A stretch of DNA of 64,000 bases from a virus. Taxonomy: Duplodnaviria; Heunggongvirae; Uroviricota; Caudoviricetes. The DNA is taken from the IMG/VR virus record IMGVR_UViG_3300009165_000005, one strand, 5' to 3'. Made by a program: the position numbers and the translations under genes. A model generated the notes under the pieces. That model was not told the origin of the DNA, searched no databases, and saw only the letters and a program-made list of their open reading frames with translations. Shown one piece after another: positions 1 through 10,200 of this stretch (positions within the stretch are counted from its first letter, which is position 1; each line of letters opens with the position of its first letter).

Positions 1-631
1 CGAGCATGTTCTGAAGATGCTCTACCTGGGCGTCCGTGGCACCAGATAGCCCAATCAGGGCCTTGATGGCCGTCGCCGAGATGTCCACTGTGGGGACTGA
101 CAAGCCACCCGAGTAGCCCGGTACTGTGGCCGTAATCAAGGCAGCAGCAGCCTCAACCTTGAGACTAAGAGCAACGGTACCGTCGAAGTCTGTCGTGGGG
201 GTGATTACCAAGTTACCCGTAGTAGAAGCTGTGATTGAAGTCGTAGTGGTAGCTGAGATAGCTCCAGTGGTCCCACCACCAAACGTAACTGTCACAGTTC
301 CGGCAGTTCTACCGGTGATCGTAACGGTTAGGCTGTAGACCTGGGATGCTACAGCAGCCAAGCTATTGCTCAACGCGGTAGTACCAGTGGTATGCGTAAA
401 GGCGTTATAGGTACCAGACCATCCAGCCCCAACAGTCCACCCAGTTGACTTCAATAATTCATTGAGCCCCTGGTCGTTCAAGTACTTCTGGATGTTGACC
501 CGATTCGGACGAGAGACATACTTAGCCTGCCCTTTGGGAGACTCAGTTGTCGGATTAGTCTGTGAGATCGGTTCAATGTCCGAAAGGAAAAGAGGGTTCC
601 TGAGATCATTCCGGATAACTACGAGATACAT
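1..631 (-). CDS. Virion appendage/fibre-associated protein, partial (runs off the left edge; absent from the ORF track)
   Basis: Manual translation from ATG at 631 (SD GGAGG): MYLVVIRNDLRNPLFLSDIEP...HTTGTTALSNSLAAV...TITGRTAGTVTVTFGG...PTTDFDGT, open to position 1. Shares a ~95-aa module with the 583-aa ORF. Confidence 0.75.
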   Translation of the reverse strand, partial: MYLVVIRNDLRNPLFLSDIEPISQTNPTTESPKGQAKYVSRPNRVNIQKYLNDQGLNELLKSTGWTVGAGWSGTYNAFTHTTGTTALSNSLAAVASQVYSLTVTITGRTAGTVTVTFGGGTTGAISATTTTSITASTTGNLVITPTTDFDGTVALSLKVEAAAALITATVPGYSGGLSVPTVDISATAIKALIGLSGATDAQVEHLQNML

Positions 632-646
632 TGAGTCCTCCTGAAC

Positions 647-1009
647 TTAGACCGGCTGCAAATGGCCACGAGCTTGATCAATCTTGAGGTAGCGAAGAAT
701 GTTGCCGTAAACAGTGTAGAAGTTCGCTACCGCTTGGCCAAATGCAAGCTGATTAGCCAAGCGAACGTACTTTGCTCTTCGGAGAATGAACCCGAGCTGA
801 CGAACGCTCTTCAAGTAAAAGCTGGACCTCTCCAGAGTCTTGAACTCTTCTTCGGAGGCCAGCACTAAAGCGTAACGACGATTCATGTCCTTAATGAGCT
901 GTTGGGTTTGAATGGGTAGAAACAAGTGTTGGGGACGCCAAACATTGTCGATTCTCTGGAATGAGCCTATCTCGTGATCCAGAACATTGATTAGGTTAGG
1001 AGTCCCCAT
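647..1009 (-). CDS. Hypothetical protein (120 aa)
   Basis: Fills the gap between two virion genes, same strand, tight packing; no recognisable motif. Confidence 0.55.
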   Translation of the reverse strand: MGTPNLINVLDHEIGSFQRIDNVWRPQHLFLPIQTQQLIKDMNRRYALVLASEEEFKTLERSSFYLKSVRQLGFILRRAKYVRLANQLAFGQAVANFYTVYGNILRYLKIDQARGHLQPV

Positions 1010-1018
1010 TGCAATTGA

Positions 1019-2770
1019 TTAGGTTATGGCTACTACTGTGGACAATTGGTTATGCGCCCGCACTTGAGCAGAACTCGTAGTGGGAACCACACTTGGGATC
1101 AAGGCTGCAGGGATCACAATGGATGTTGCTCCTACTGAACCGCCACCAGCAGTAATAGCAGTCTCAGTAAGGGTAACTGCGCCAGTACCTGTGATATAGA
1201 CCGAAGTCACATCTGGCGAACTAGAAGCCATTCCAGTTCCAGTGATAGTAAGGTCCACCCTATAGACGAAGGAAGAGGTCTCGGTAGAACCTGCAGCGTT
1301 AGCATAGGTAATCTCTGTAGCGCTAACTCTTGTAGCAATGGTGAAGGTACCATTGTTATTTGGGTCTGTGGCTCCAGAGATAATGATGGACTTTCCGACG
1401 TCGCCTGCAGCAAATGTTCCTGCGGAATCCACTAGAGTGATAGTGGGTGTTGCAAAGGTTAGAGAATCTCCAACACCAGCTTTGAGCACAGCCGTCGTAA
1501 TCGCAGGATTAGCAACCAACGAGGTGACTTGGGACGCAACAGTATTTATGCTGATGGCTAGAGTTCCATCAAAGTCTGTTGAGGGTGCAATTGAAAGGCC
1601 ACCCGTACTAGTAGCCGCTAGCGCAACCGTACCAGTAGTAGATCTCGCAGGGAGAGTAACCCCACCAAACGTTACGGCAACCGTTCCAGCTGTCCTACCA
1701 GTAATAGTAAGGGTTACATTATAGATTACCCCTACTACGGCAGCTAAGGTATTAGTCAAAGCCGTGGTATTCCCAGTAGTGTGCTTGAATGAGTTGAAAG
1801 TACCAACCCACCCTGTCGATGTCCAATTTGCGAGTGCTAGCAGGTTCTCTGAACTTGATTGACTATCCGCAATTAGACTGACTACGCTAGTCCCAACGGT
1901 AATCACTGGAAGTAAGCTAGCAGGGATATCAATCTGAGTGGCGCTTATGCTCCCACCAGCTGCTAGAATCTGGCTCTGAGTAAGGGTAACCGTTGTTGCG
2001 CCACTTACTACGACTCGAGTGATCTCTGGCTCAACAGAGGTTAACCCGGTACCCGTGATCCTCAAAGCACCAGCCGTTGGAGAGCCAATTACAGCTGAAG
2101 TGAGCTTGGGTGGAGTGAGAGCCCCCGAGGCTATGGACACAACCTTAATTACCGCTGAAGTACGAACCACAATGAAGTTGAATGCCGAGGTCTCCGTAAT
2201 CCCCAAGGCATTGGTATAGGTTACTTGAGTTGGCCCTGGTACCGTTAGGATTACGAAGGTTCCATTGTTACTAGGATTGGTTGCCCCAGTAATCTCGATC
2301 TTCTTGCCCACATCAGTGGACAAGAAGGAGCCGCCAGAATCAAGAAGAGTGGTAGTCGACCCAGAAGCAGTCAACGAAGTTCCGATGCCAGAAAAGTTTC
2401 CAGCTTGGGACAACCCGTAGATCACGCCCTGTGCCTGACTAATCAAAACCCTATCCGATTCGACTAAGTCAATGTACCCAGGTATCAAAACATCATGCGT
2501 AGTCGGGGTTAACGTCTTGTAGAATGGAATGTAGCACTTCTGCTTCGAGTAGTTGACCCCAGGAAGGGTACTCTTATCTCGACCCCCAAGTGAACTTCCG
2601 TCGAGCCTAGAGTTAGCCGAAGCCAATACTCCACCCGATACTAGTACAGGACTACCAGATACTTTTTCCCTGGCAACCCCACGTCTGGCGGTCTTGTTTG
2701 GAAGTCCATCATCAATATCGTTGATGACGATTGGACCTGAAACGTTCTGGTTATGAATGAGCCTCAGCAT
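1019..2770 (-). CDS. Virion structural/appendage protein with internally repeated beta-rich modules (583 aa)
   Basis: Thr/Ser/Gly-rich. Duplicated modules (..DVGK.I.I.GAT.P.NNGTF.. x2; L.ITGTG..S..P..T.V x2). SD AGGAG upstream. Confidence 0.7.
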   Translation of the reverse strand: MLRLIHNQNVSGPIVINDIDDGLPNKTARRGVAREKVSGSPVLVSGGVLASANSRLDGSSLGGRDKSTLPGVNYSKQKCYIPFYKTLTPTTHDVLIPGYIDLVESDRVLISQAQGVIYGLSQAGNFSGIGTSLTASGSTTTLLDSGGSFLSTDVGKKIEITGATNPSNNGTFVILTVPGPTQVTYTNALGITETSAFNFIVVRTSAVIKVVSIASGALTPPKLTSAVIGSPTAGALRITGTGLTSVEPEITRVVVSGATTVTLTQSQILAAGGSISATQIDIPASLLPVITVGTSVVSLIADSQSSSENLLALANWTSTGWVGTFNSFKHTTGNTTALTNTLAAVVGVIYNVTLTITGRTAGTVAVTFGGVTLPARSTTGTVALAATSTGGLSIAPSTDFDGTLAISINTVASQVTSLVANPAITTAVLKAGVGDSLTFATPTITLVDSAGTFAAGDVGKSIIISGATDPNNNGTFTIATRVSATEITYANAAGSTETSSFVYRVDLTITGTGMASSSPDVTSVYITGTGAVTLTETAITAGGGSVGATSIVIPAALIPSVVPTTSSAQVRAHNQLSTVVAIT

Positions 2771-2816
2771 CTAACAGCTCCTAGTGGTGAGTAGACAGGG
2801 TTCAACTCAGTTGAGC

Positions 2817-2830
2817 CTATAAGAGGATCA
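2817..2830 (-). promoter_or_regulatory. Candidate phage late-promoter motif (TGATCCTCTTATAG)
   Basis: Intergenic, upstream of the 583-aa gene; shares the CTTRTA core with sites at 21748, 27650 and 45092. Confidence 0.3.
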
Positions 2831-2917
2831 ACCGGGGACCAACTCGCAGGCTTCTTGTGCCCTGATTCGATTATGCGCTTGACCAAAGCTCGCATACTCA
2901 AACCTTCAACCAAACGT

Positions 2918-3517
2918 TTATTGCCTAGTTGGGACAGTTACCAAATAGGCTTTAGTAGCTGCTACGATCTCCTCCTTGGTTGTAGCAGCATTGATCGCAG
3001 CTTTGACCACCTCCAACCCAGCGAGTACTCGAGATATGAAGCTAGCAATGATTGCAAAAATAGCCTTAACCTCATCAGCAGTCGAAACATCGATGTAATC
3101 GGCATCATCAATCGTTCGCACCCTGATAGGGTAAGTGTTTCCCAAAGCCTCCCACTGATCCGCCACTGTAGCTAGAGCCATCCACTTGAGCTGAGCGTTC
3201 TGACTAACAGAGAGGTACTTCCCAGACCCTGGTGGGAACTCAACCCCTGGCCCTCGAACGATGTAGGCTTCTCCAGCATCATTCACAATTGACAGGTTGC
3301 CAAGTTTGACCTGTGCGAGTTCTGCAGCATCAATAACAGCTAGCTCATCTTCAGACTTTAGGATCAGATTGAACTCAGCATCAAACTTGAGCCTCTCCCT
3401 TGGGATAATCTCAAGGAGCGAGATATCCGTGTTGATCGCCCACTCAGTTTCAGGGAAATCTGGGGTATTAACACTGAAAAGGGCTTCCATCGTAGTCTTG
3501 TTGATCACATTTGCCAT
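2918..3517 (-). CDS. Putative fibre assembly chaperone (DUF4376-like C-terminus)
   Basis: Downstream of the fibre genes. C-terminal TIDDADYIDVSTADEVKAIF...KAAINAATTKEEI resembles tail-fibre assembly proteins. Confidence 0.45.
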   Translation of the reverse strand: MANVINKTTMEALFSVNTPDFPETEWAINTDISLLEIIPRERLKFDAEFNLILKSEDELAVIDAAELAQVKLGNLSIVNDAGEAYIVRGPGVEFPPGSGKYLSVSQNAQLKWMALATVADQWEALGNTYPIRVRTIDDADYIDVSTADEVKAIFAIIASFISRVLAGLEVVKAAINAATTKEEIVAATKAYLVTVPTRQ

Positions 3518-3518
3518 C

Positions 3519-4232
3519 TTAATGCCGCCTTCTGCGAGTTACGGTACCTAGAGCTTGGGAATACACTGGAGAATTAGTTGATACAGCCCCACCTTGATTC
3601 GAACCAATAGAGGCAGTGGTGCCTATCGTAGCCCCAAGAGATCCATCCATCAGCTTCCACCTATCAAACATACCGTACACTACAGTATCTCGACCCTTTC
3701 CGGAGGCAATATTCCTTATCTCATTCGCTGTTAGAACACGCTGATAAATCCGTACATCATCGAAAATAGCATCAGCCATCGTAGCATTTGAGTGATCAGG
3801 ACCAGTACCAATCCCCGAACCACCAGCAATAGTATTACTACTGTTCCCAGTCCAACCCCCTATGGATAGTAAGCTCTCTTGAACCCCATTCACATAGATA
3901 ACCATAGCTCCAGTGGACCAGCCACAAGTCACGCACAGGTGAACTCTAGTTCCAGTCGCCGGAACTGTAGTTGAATCAACAGTACTAGCGAAGTCAAAGT
4001 CCAAACGTCTGGATCTGGCACGATACGAGATACCACTACGCATAGAGAGTGAAACTCTGCCGTTAGTTAACGACCCATTTACAGTGAAGATCATCAAATA
4101 GCGTTCCGTCCCAGTTAACGTCACAGGCTGAACCCAGAGACACATCGAGACCCCAGATTGATTCTGGGTGGCCGTCAATGAATTGCTCATAGACAAGTAC
4201 TGAGAGCTCGCTAGTACAAGAGTAGCGGCCAT
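3519..4232 (-). CDS. LamG/concanavalin-A-like lectin domain protein
   Basis: SMCLWVQP, HLCVT..W..GAMVIYVNGV and IFDDVRIYQRVLTANEI are typical LamG motifs. Start placed at 4232 by the TAATG overlap with the upstream stop. Confidence 0.8.
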   Translation of the reverse strand: MAATLVLASSQYLSMSNSLTATQNQSGVSMCLWVQPVTLTGTERYLMIFTVNGSLTNGRVSLSMRSGISYRARSRRLDFDFASTVDSTTVPATGTRVHLCVTCGWSTGAMVIYVNGVQESLLSIGGWTGNSSNTIAGGSGIGTGPDHSNATMADAIFDDVRIYQRVLTANEIRNIASGKGRDTVVYGMFDRWKLMDGSLGATIGTTASIGSNQGGAVSTNSPVYSQALGTVTRRRRH

Positions 4233-7200
4233 TAGATAAACCACTCTACGTTGAGCATAAAAATACCCATATCCCCAGTTAGGTTTGTACCAGCCGCTGG
4301 TGTTTGCCTAATAATTTCAAGTTGGTAGATACTCCCCGCAGTAAGGCTAAGGGTGGCCAAAGATACCGTCTGAGAGGACTTCTGGAAAGTCACGTTGGTT
4401 GGAAAAGATAGATCCGTCAACGTGGTAGAGGTCCATGATCCTAGGGTTGCATTGTTCGGGACTTCCCTCTTTTTCAGCGCAAGACCAACTGTACGAGTAC
4501 CCGCAGGAGACGATTGGGCCTTGGCCATGAAGGTAAAAGTAACTTGAGTAGCGGCGGATGGGATGTGTACACTCCAACCAACACCCTCTTGAGTAGTATC
4601 GTCAAAGCGTCGAATGAGAACCGCCGCATTTACAGTATCAGCATTGAGGGAGGCTGCTGCAGTGACTGCCCAATCAGTACCAGGATCATCGAAGTCCGGA
4701 GCAAACATCAGTTGCTGAAGTAGAGCATGACCATGGGAGTGAACATGGTCACTTCGAGCAAGAGAAGTGGCCGTACCTTCAGCATTCGAGGTACTGATAG
4801 ACACTGCAGCGGCCGTTGTGACATCATGCTTGTGATCATCCCGAGCTGCTGTGGTTCCAACCCCGACGGCCGCTGCGGCCTTCGTTACGTTCACTGGTGC
4901 ATTCGATGTGATAAAGGGTATCGTTTGCCAGGTAGCTAGGGTACTCGATGAAGCTACCAGAGCTTGACCCGAAGTGGGTGCGGTAGCTGCTGAGATAACC
5001 ACCACCGTAGTCGCTGTCCTCAACCCAGAGGCGGTTCTATCATCGGAGAGACGAGAGTCGTTCCCCTGACAGAAGGTCCCAGAGGTTGAACCAAAAGCTG
5101 GGAGAGCATGAACGTGATCACTTCTAGCTAGCGAGGTAGCCGTACCTTCAGTATTGGATCCACCAGCAGCCAAAGTGGAGGGAGCTGCCGTTGTGACATC
5201 GTGCTTGTGGTCATCACGAGCTGCTGCGGTACCAGTACCCACGTCCGCCGGGGCCTTGGTGACATTCACAGGAGCTGCCGACGCTAGAACCGCTACCGTT
5301 TGCCAGGTAGCTAGGGTACTTGATGAAGCTACTAAAGCTTGACCTGCTGAAGGGGCTGTTGCAGCCGAAATGACGACTACCGTAGTCGCAGTCCTCAAAC
5401 CAGAAGCTGTTCGGTCATCGGAAAGACGGGAGTCATTCCCTTGGCAGAAGGTTCCTGACCCCGTCCCGTATGCTGGAAGAGCATGAACGTGATCACTTCT
5501 AGCTAGAGAGGTGGCCGTACCTTCTGTATTGGACCCTCCAGCGGCGAGGGTAGAAGGAGCAGCAGTAGTGACATCATGCTTATGGTCAGCACGAGCTGCC
5601 GTTGACCCAGTACCCACGTCCGCTGGTGCCTTGGTAACGTCCGCTGGTGCCGATGAGGTCAAAGCAAGAGGAGTAGACCAAGCAGCAAGAGTACTCGATG
5701 AAGCAGTTAGGACTTGACCTGCTGATGGGGCAGTGGACGCTGAAATTACGACCACTGTCGTGGCTGTTCTCAATCCAGAAGCTGTTCTATCATCAGAGAG
5801 ACGAGAATCATTGCCTTGACAGAAAGTCCCAGAGGTTGAACCAAAAGCTGGGAGAGCGTGGATGTGATCACTTCTAGCTAGAGAGGTAGCCGTACCTTCC
5901 GCATTGGATCCTCCAACGGACAGGGTTGAGGCTGTCGTAGTGGTTACGTCATGCTTATGGTCGATACGAGCAAGGTAGTTCGAGGTACCCGTAGCGGCTG
6001 TTGCCTTGGTGACATTCGAAGGAGCTGTGGAGTCAATGCCCTCACGGGCAAACGCTAGGCTTGTGACTCCAAGATTAATCACCGGTTGGGTAGTTAGAGA
6101 CCACAGAGTATTCCCGTTGGCAGTACCTGCTCGAATCTCCACAAGCAGACCATTATTTGCCTGAGCTGAGGTACTGAAATCTGCAGCCCTTGACCAATCT
6201 CCCACTGCACAGACGTAGATACCACGATCCGCGGCGGTAGCTTGATCCTTACAAAGTACTCGATCTCCAGAAACTACAGAGACACCGTCAATACTCTGGG
6301 TCCCAGATAGGATGATGCTTCCTGTGGTGGCTACTCGACACGCAGGATGAAGCATCCCACCAGACTCAACGAAGTTCCTCGTGGCTGCATCCTGAGCAAC
6401 TACTGGATCAGCAAGCGAGGTGATGTTCAGCGAAGTCAGGTCCAATCCTGTGTCACTGAGCGTCATCCTCAAGTTAGTTGAGGTGAATCCTCCAGTACCA
6501 AACTTGATAGTTTTGCCAGAAGTACCTGTAGCTATGGCAAGGTGACCATCTAAATTTAACAGATAGGAATCATTAGCCTCGGTTAAGTTGTACGTTGGGT
6601 CATTGTAGGTTGATCCATTAATCCCCAAGTCTACATAATACGAAGAATCATCCCCATTGTCCGCAGTGGCAACGAAGTCCGAACTAGACCTATCACCTGA
6701 GTTCTGGTTCTGAATAGCGATTTGAAGGTAACTATTCAGAGGTCCAGTAGCAATGAAGATAGGTGCTTGTGGGAATGGACTGAGTCCATCGTGAACGTTG
6801 AACCAGCCCCTGTAGTCAAAACTAGCTAGCTCAGTTCCAGTGTTGTCTTGGTATTGAGTTAAATCACCCGATTGACTTGCAGCAGCCTTAATGACGAAAG
6901 CTGTAACCCCAGAAGTACTAGGGGTTACTAGGATTGAGCCGTCAGCATTGACGGTAAACCTAGACAAGTTGTTCGTGATAAGAGATAGAGAGTAAGAATC
7001 TGTGTTCCCTAGGGTTCGATTCGCAGTACCCGCTTCACCACCATTCGAGAAAGTGCCTGAGCCAGCAAACAAGAACTTCTTCCAAACAGCAGCATCCGTT
7101 GTGACATCAAACGCTACCCACTGGGTAACCCCTGTGGTGTTAAGCCAACTAGACCCTACAATGTACCCTTGAGTATTGTCGTTCCCAGCAACTGGGTCCA

Positions 7201-10200
7201 CAGTAGCCGCTAGGTGCGATTGAGGTTGGAACCCTGGGGCTGTCAAACTCGTAATTGCGTGGAGGGTGCCTGAGGTCTGATTACCGTGAGCATGAATATG
7301 ATCTGATCTCGCCAAGCTACTTGCCGAGCCCGCCGAGTTCGAAGTACCAACCGTCGAAGGTGTCCCAACATTAACTTGATGAACGTGATCAACCCTTGCT
7401 GCAGTTGTTCCAACCCCAACCGCACCAGCGGCTGCATCAACGTTTTCTGGGGTAGTACTAGTAAGAGTGACGGGTGTCACCCAAGTAGCCAGAGTACTCG
7501 AAGAGGCTGTGAGTACTTGACCAGCACTAGGTGCCGTTGCGGCTGAGATAACAACTACCGTGGTAGCTGTTCTCAACCCAGAAGCTGTTCGATCATCAGA
7601 AAGACGAGAGTCATTTCCTTGACAAAAGGTTCCTGAGGTAGATCCGTAGGACGGAAGACTGTGCTTGTGGTCGCTCCTAGCAAGAGAAGTTGCGGTTCCC
7701 TCAGCAGCTGAGTCCCCAGGCGTGGCTGCCCCGGCCGTTGCCGTCGAGATATCGTGCTTGTGATCAGCCCTTGCCGCATCGGTGGCCACCCCAACGACCG
7801 CTGTAGCCTTTGTGACATCCGCCGGAGCCGAAGATGTCAGAGGTGTGTTCGTTGCGCCAGAGGCAATCCCATCGAGTTTGGTCTTGTCTGTAGAAGACAA
7901 GAACCCTGCTACAGAAGTTGAGGCTGCCGCATGAAGGGTCCCACTCGTTTGAGCCCCATGATCGTGCACATGGTCACTACGGGCTACAGATGAGGCTGTA
8001 CCAGCCGAGTTAGTGGTTCCAATAGTAGAGGGGCTTCCTGCGGCAATCCCGTGCTGATGGTCATTTAGAGCGTAAGAAGACCCAACCCCAGCAGATGGAG
8101 AAGCTCCTACCGAAATCGCAACAGGCGTACCTGTGGATAAGGCATCTGCCCCACCTGGATTGTGCCGAGATGCATGAGCACTGACAGTGACCCCATCAAC
8201 AGTCCCTACGTTAGTAATATTGTGAGCCCCAAGACTCAGATCACCTGTCATTGCTCGAGAACCAGAGCCCAACAAGTACTGAGTATGGTCATCCGCGCTC
8301 AACCCAGTAAGCGCCGAGTGGACCGTAACCCCGCCACCACTACCCCCACCTGTACTACGAGTAGGGCGTGCGTCGATGATATTAGAGATACCAACACCCT
8401 GCTGAACAATCACCTTGGCCAAAGGCATGTTCGAAGGATCGAGGAAGGTAGGAAGTGCTGCAGTAGTACCGGCTTCGGCTAAGGGTTGAGTCGCGTACTG
8501 AGAAGTTCCGTAAAGTAGGCTCAATCTCCCATCTGAAGTGAGGATCAAGTAGTCAAGCCGATAATAGCTAGCCGTCATCGCTGTCAACGTTCCGGCATTA
8601 TCATAGTTGGTGATGTCAACTAAGGTCTGGGTTGCTACCTCGGTGGCCCCGTTGGTACCATAGAAGTAGCTCCACGTGGCATCACCACCGGAGCCAGCAT
8701 AGGCAATAGTGTCAATCCCCAAGTAATAAGAACCTGATCCTACATCAAGATTCCTGACTGTGGTGCCTTGGATAGTACCTAGACCACTCTTCAGGTATTG
8801 AGGTGAGACAGTTAGCAGATAGCTCTGGAGAACCCCTTCTACGTTAGCAGATAGGATTCGAGTCTGATGAAGGAACCTAATCCCACTACCATCAGTTACC
8901 ACAGTAGCCAGGAGAACCCCGGTTACGGGCGGAGGTGAGGTGGCTGAAGTTAGGGTTTGAGTCGTAGAATCGTAGTAGACATAGTTGGTGGTACTTGCTG
9001 TTAGAAGCACACTCCCCGCACCCCAACTAACTGAATAAGCAATACTATTGCCTGAATCTCTAATGAAACCCTTACCCAAGGCCACATTGACATGGAGCCC
9101 ACTACCGGCAGTGACCGCCCCTCCATTGCACAATCCAGTCGCACCCTGGTCGTAGTAGAAGTCACCCAAGTTAATCGAGGGGTTCGTGACGTCATAGCTA
9201 TAGGTAGCGGCACCAAGAACCTCGAAGGTTTGAGAGTCCTGAAAGAAGGTCGTACCTATCTTCCTGCCGCCCGAAACGATTGACAAGGCCGTGTGATCTA
9301 CAGTGACATTCGTATAAACGATACCTGTAGCGGATTCGATCTTGATGTTGTAGATGTTGTTTTCGAGTGAACTACCAAAGGCATTGATTACAGTACTAGT
9401 ACCGCTTGGACCAATATGAAGAGCCCAGTTGCTATCTCTGATAGAACTGGAAAGAAACGCAACTGTAGAGCCCCCATCTGCTAGAATGACGGAAGAAGTC
9501 CCATCGTTATCTGGCATAATGACGACAGTATTCGTAAGCGTCAGGTCACCACCGTCTGCAACTCTGAAAGCTACCTGAATCGGATTACCTGTGTAATAGG
9601 GTAGAATTGCGCTTGGTACATTCAAGTAGCATGGGGTGACATATGCCTGAGACCCAGCCCCAGTCACAGTGACCCAAGTACCAATATCCAGTCCGGGTGC
9701 TGCGATGATAGCGGAAAGAACAGAAATCACAGCGGACGCGCCGTCTGAAATGACTATCCCATTAGAGCAAGCTTGGACGGTGATCGTTTCAAGTGCACAG
9801 ACAGTTCCTGGGGTTGCACAACGAATCAAGCACTTAGCAGGGTCGGTCACACCCATAATGGTGACGCCCTTAATCTCGCCACCGGTCATTGTGAAAAGAT
9901 CCGTCAACGGATTTGCTGCTATAATAAAGATCGGTTGGACCCCAGTGGTATCTGCGGCTACGATAAGAGTCCCCTCAGTTACCGTGATTGGGTTCTCTAC
10001 ATAAGTGCCTGGGTTGACAACGATCTGCCACGGGTTGGTGCCCGTAGCCCCACCACTGATAGCGGCTGCTACCGCAGCTTCGATTGAGGTATAGTCAACA
10101 TCGTCCCCAACTTGACCCACCGTGATTCGATTGGTGATTTTGAAAACAAACTGGGACATTGTCCCGCTGCCAGATCCATTCGACAAGAATAGGTATCGAG

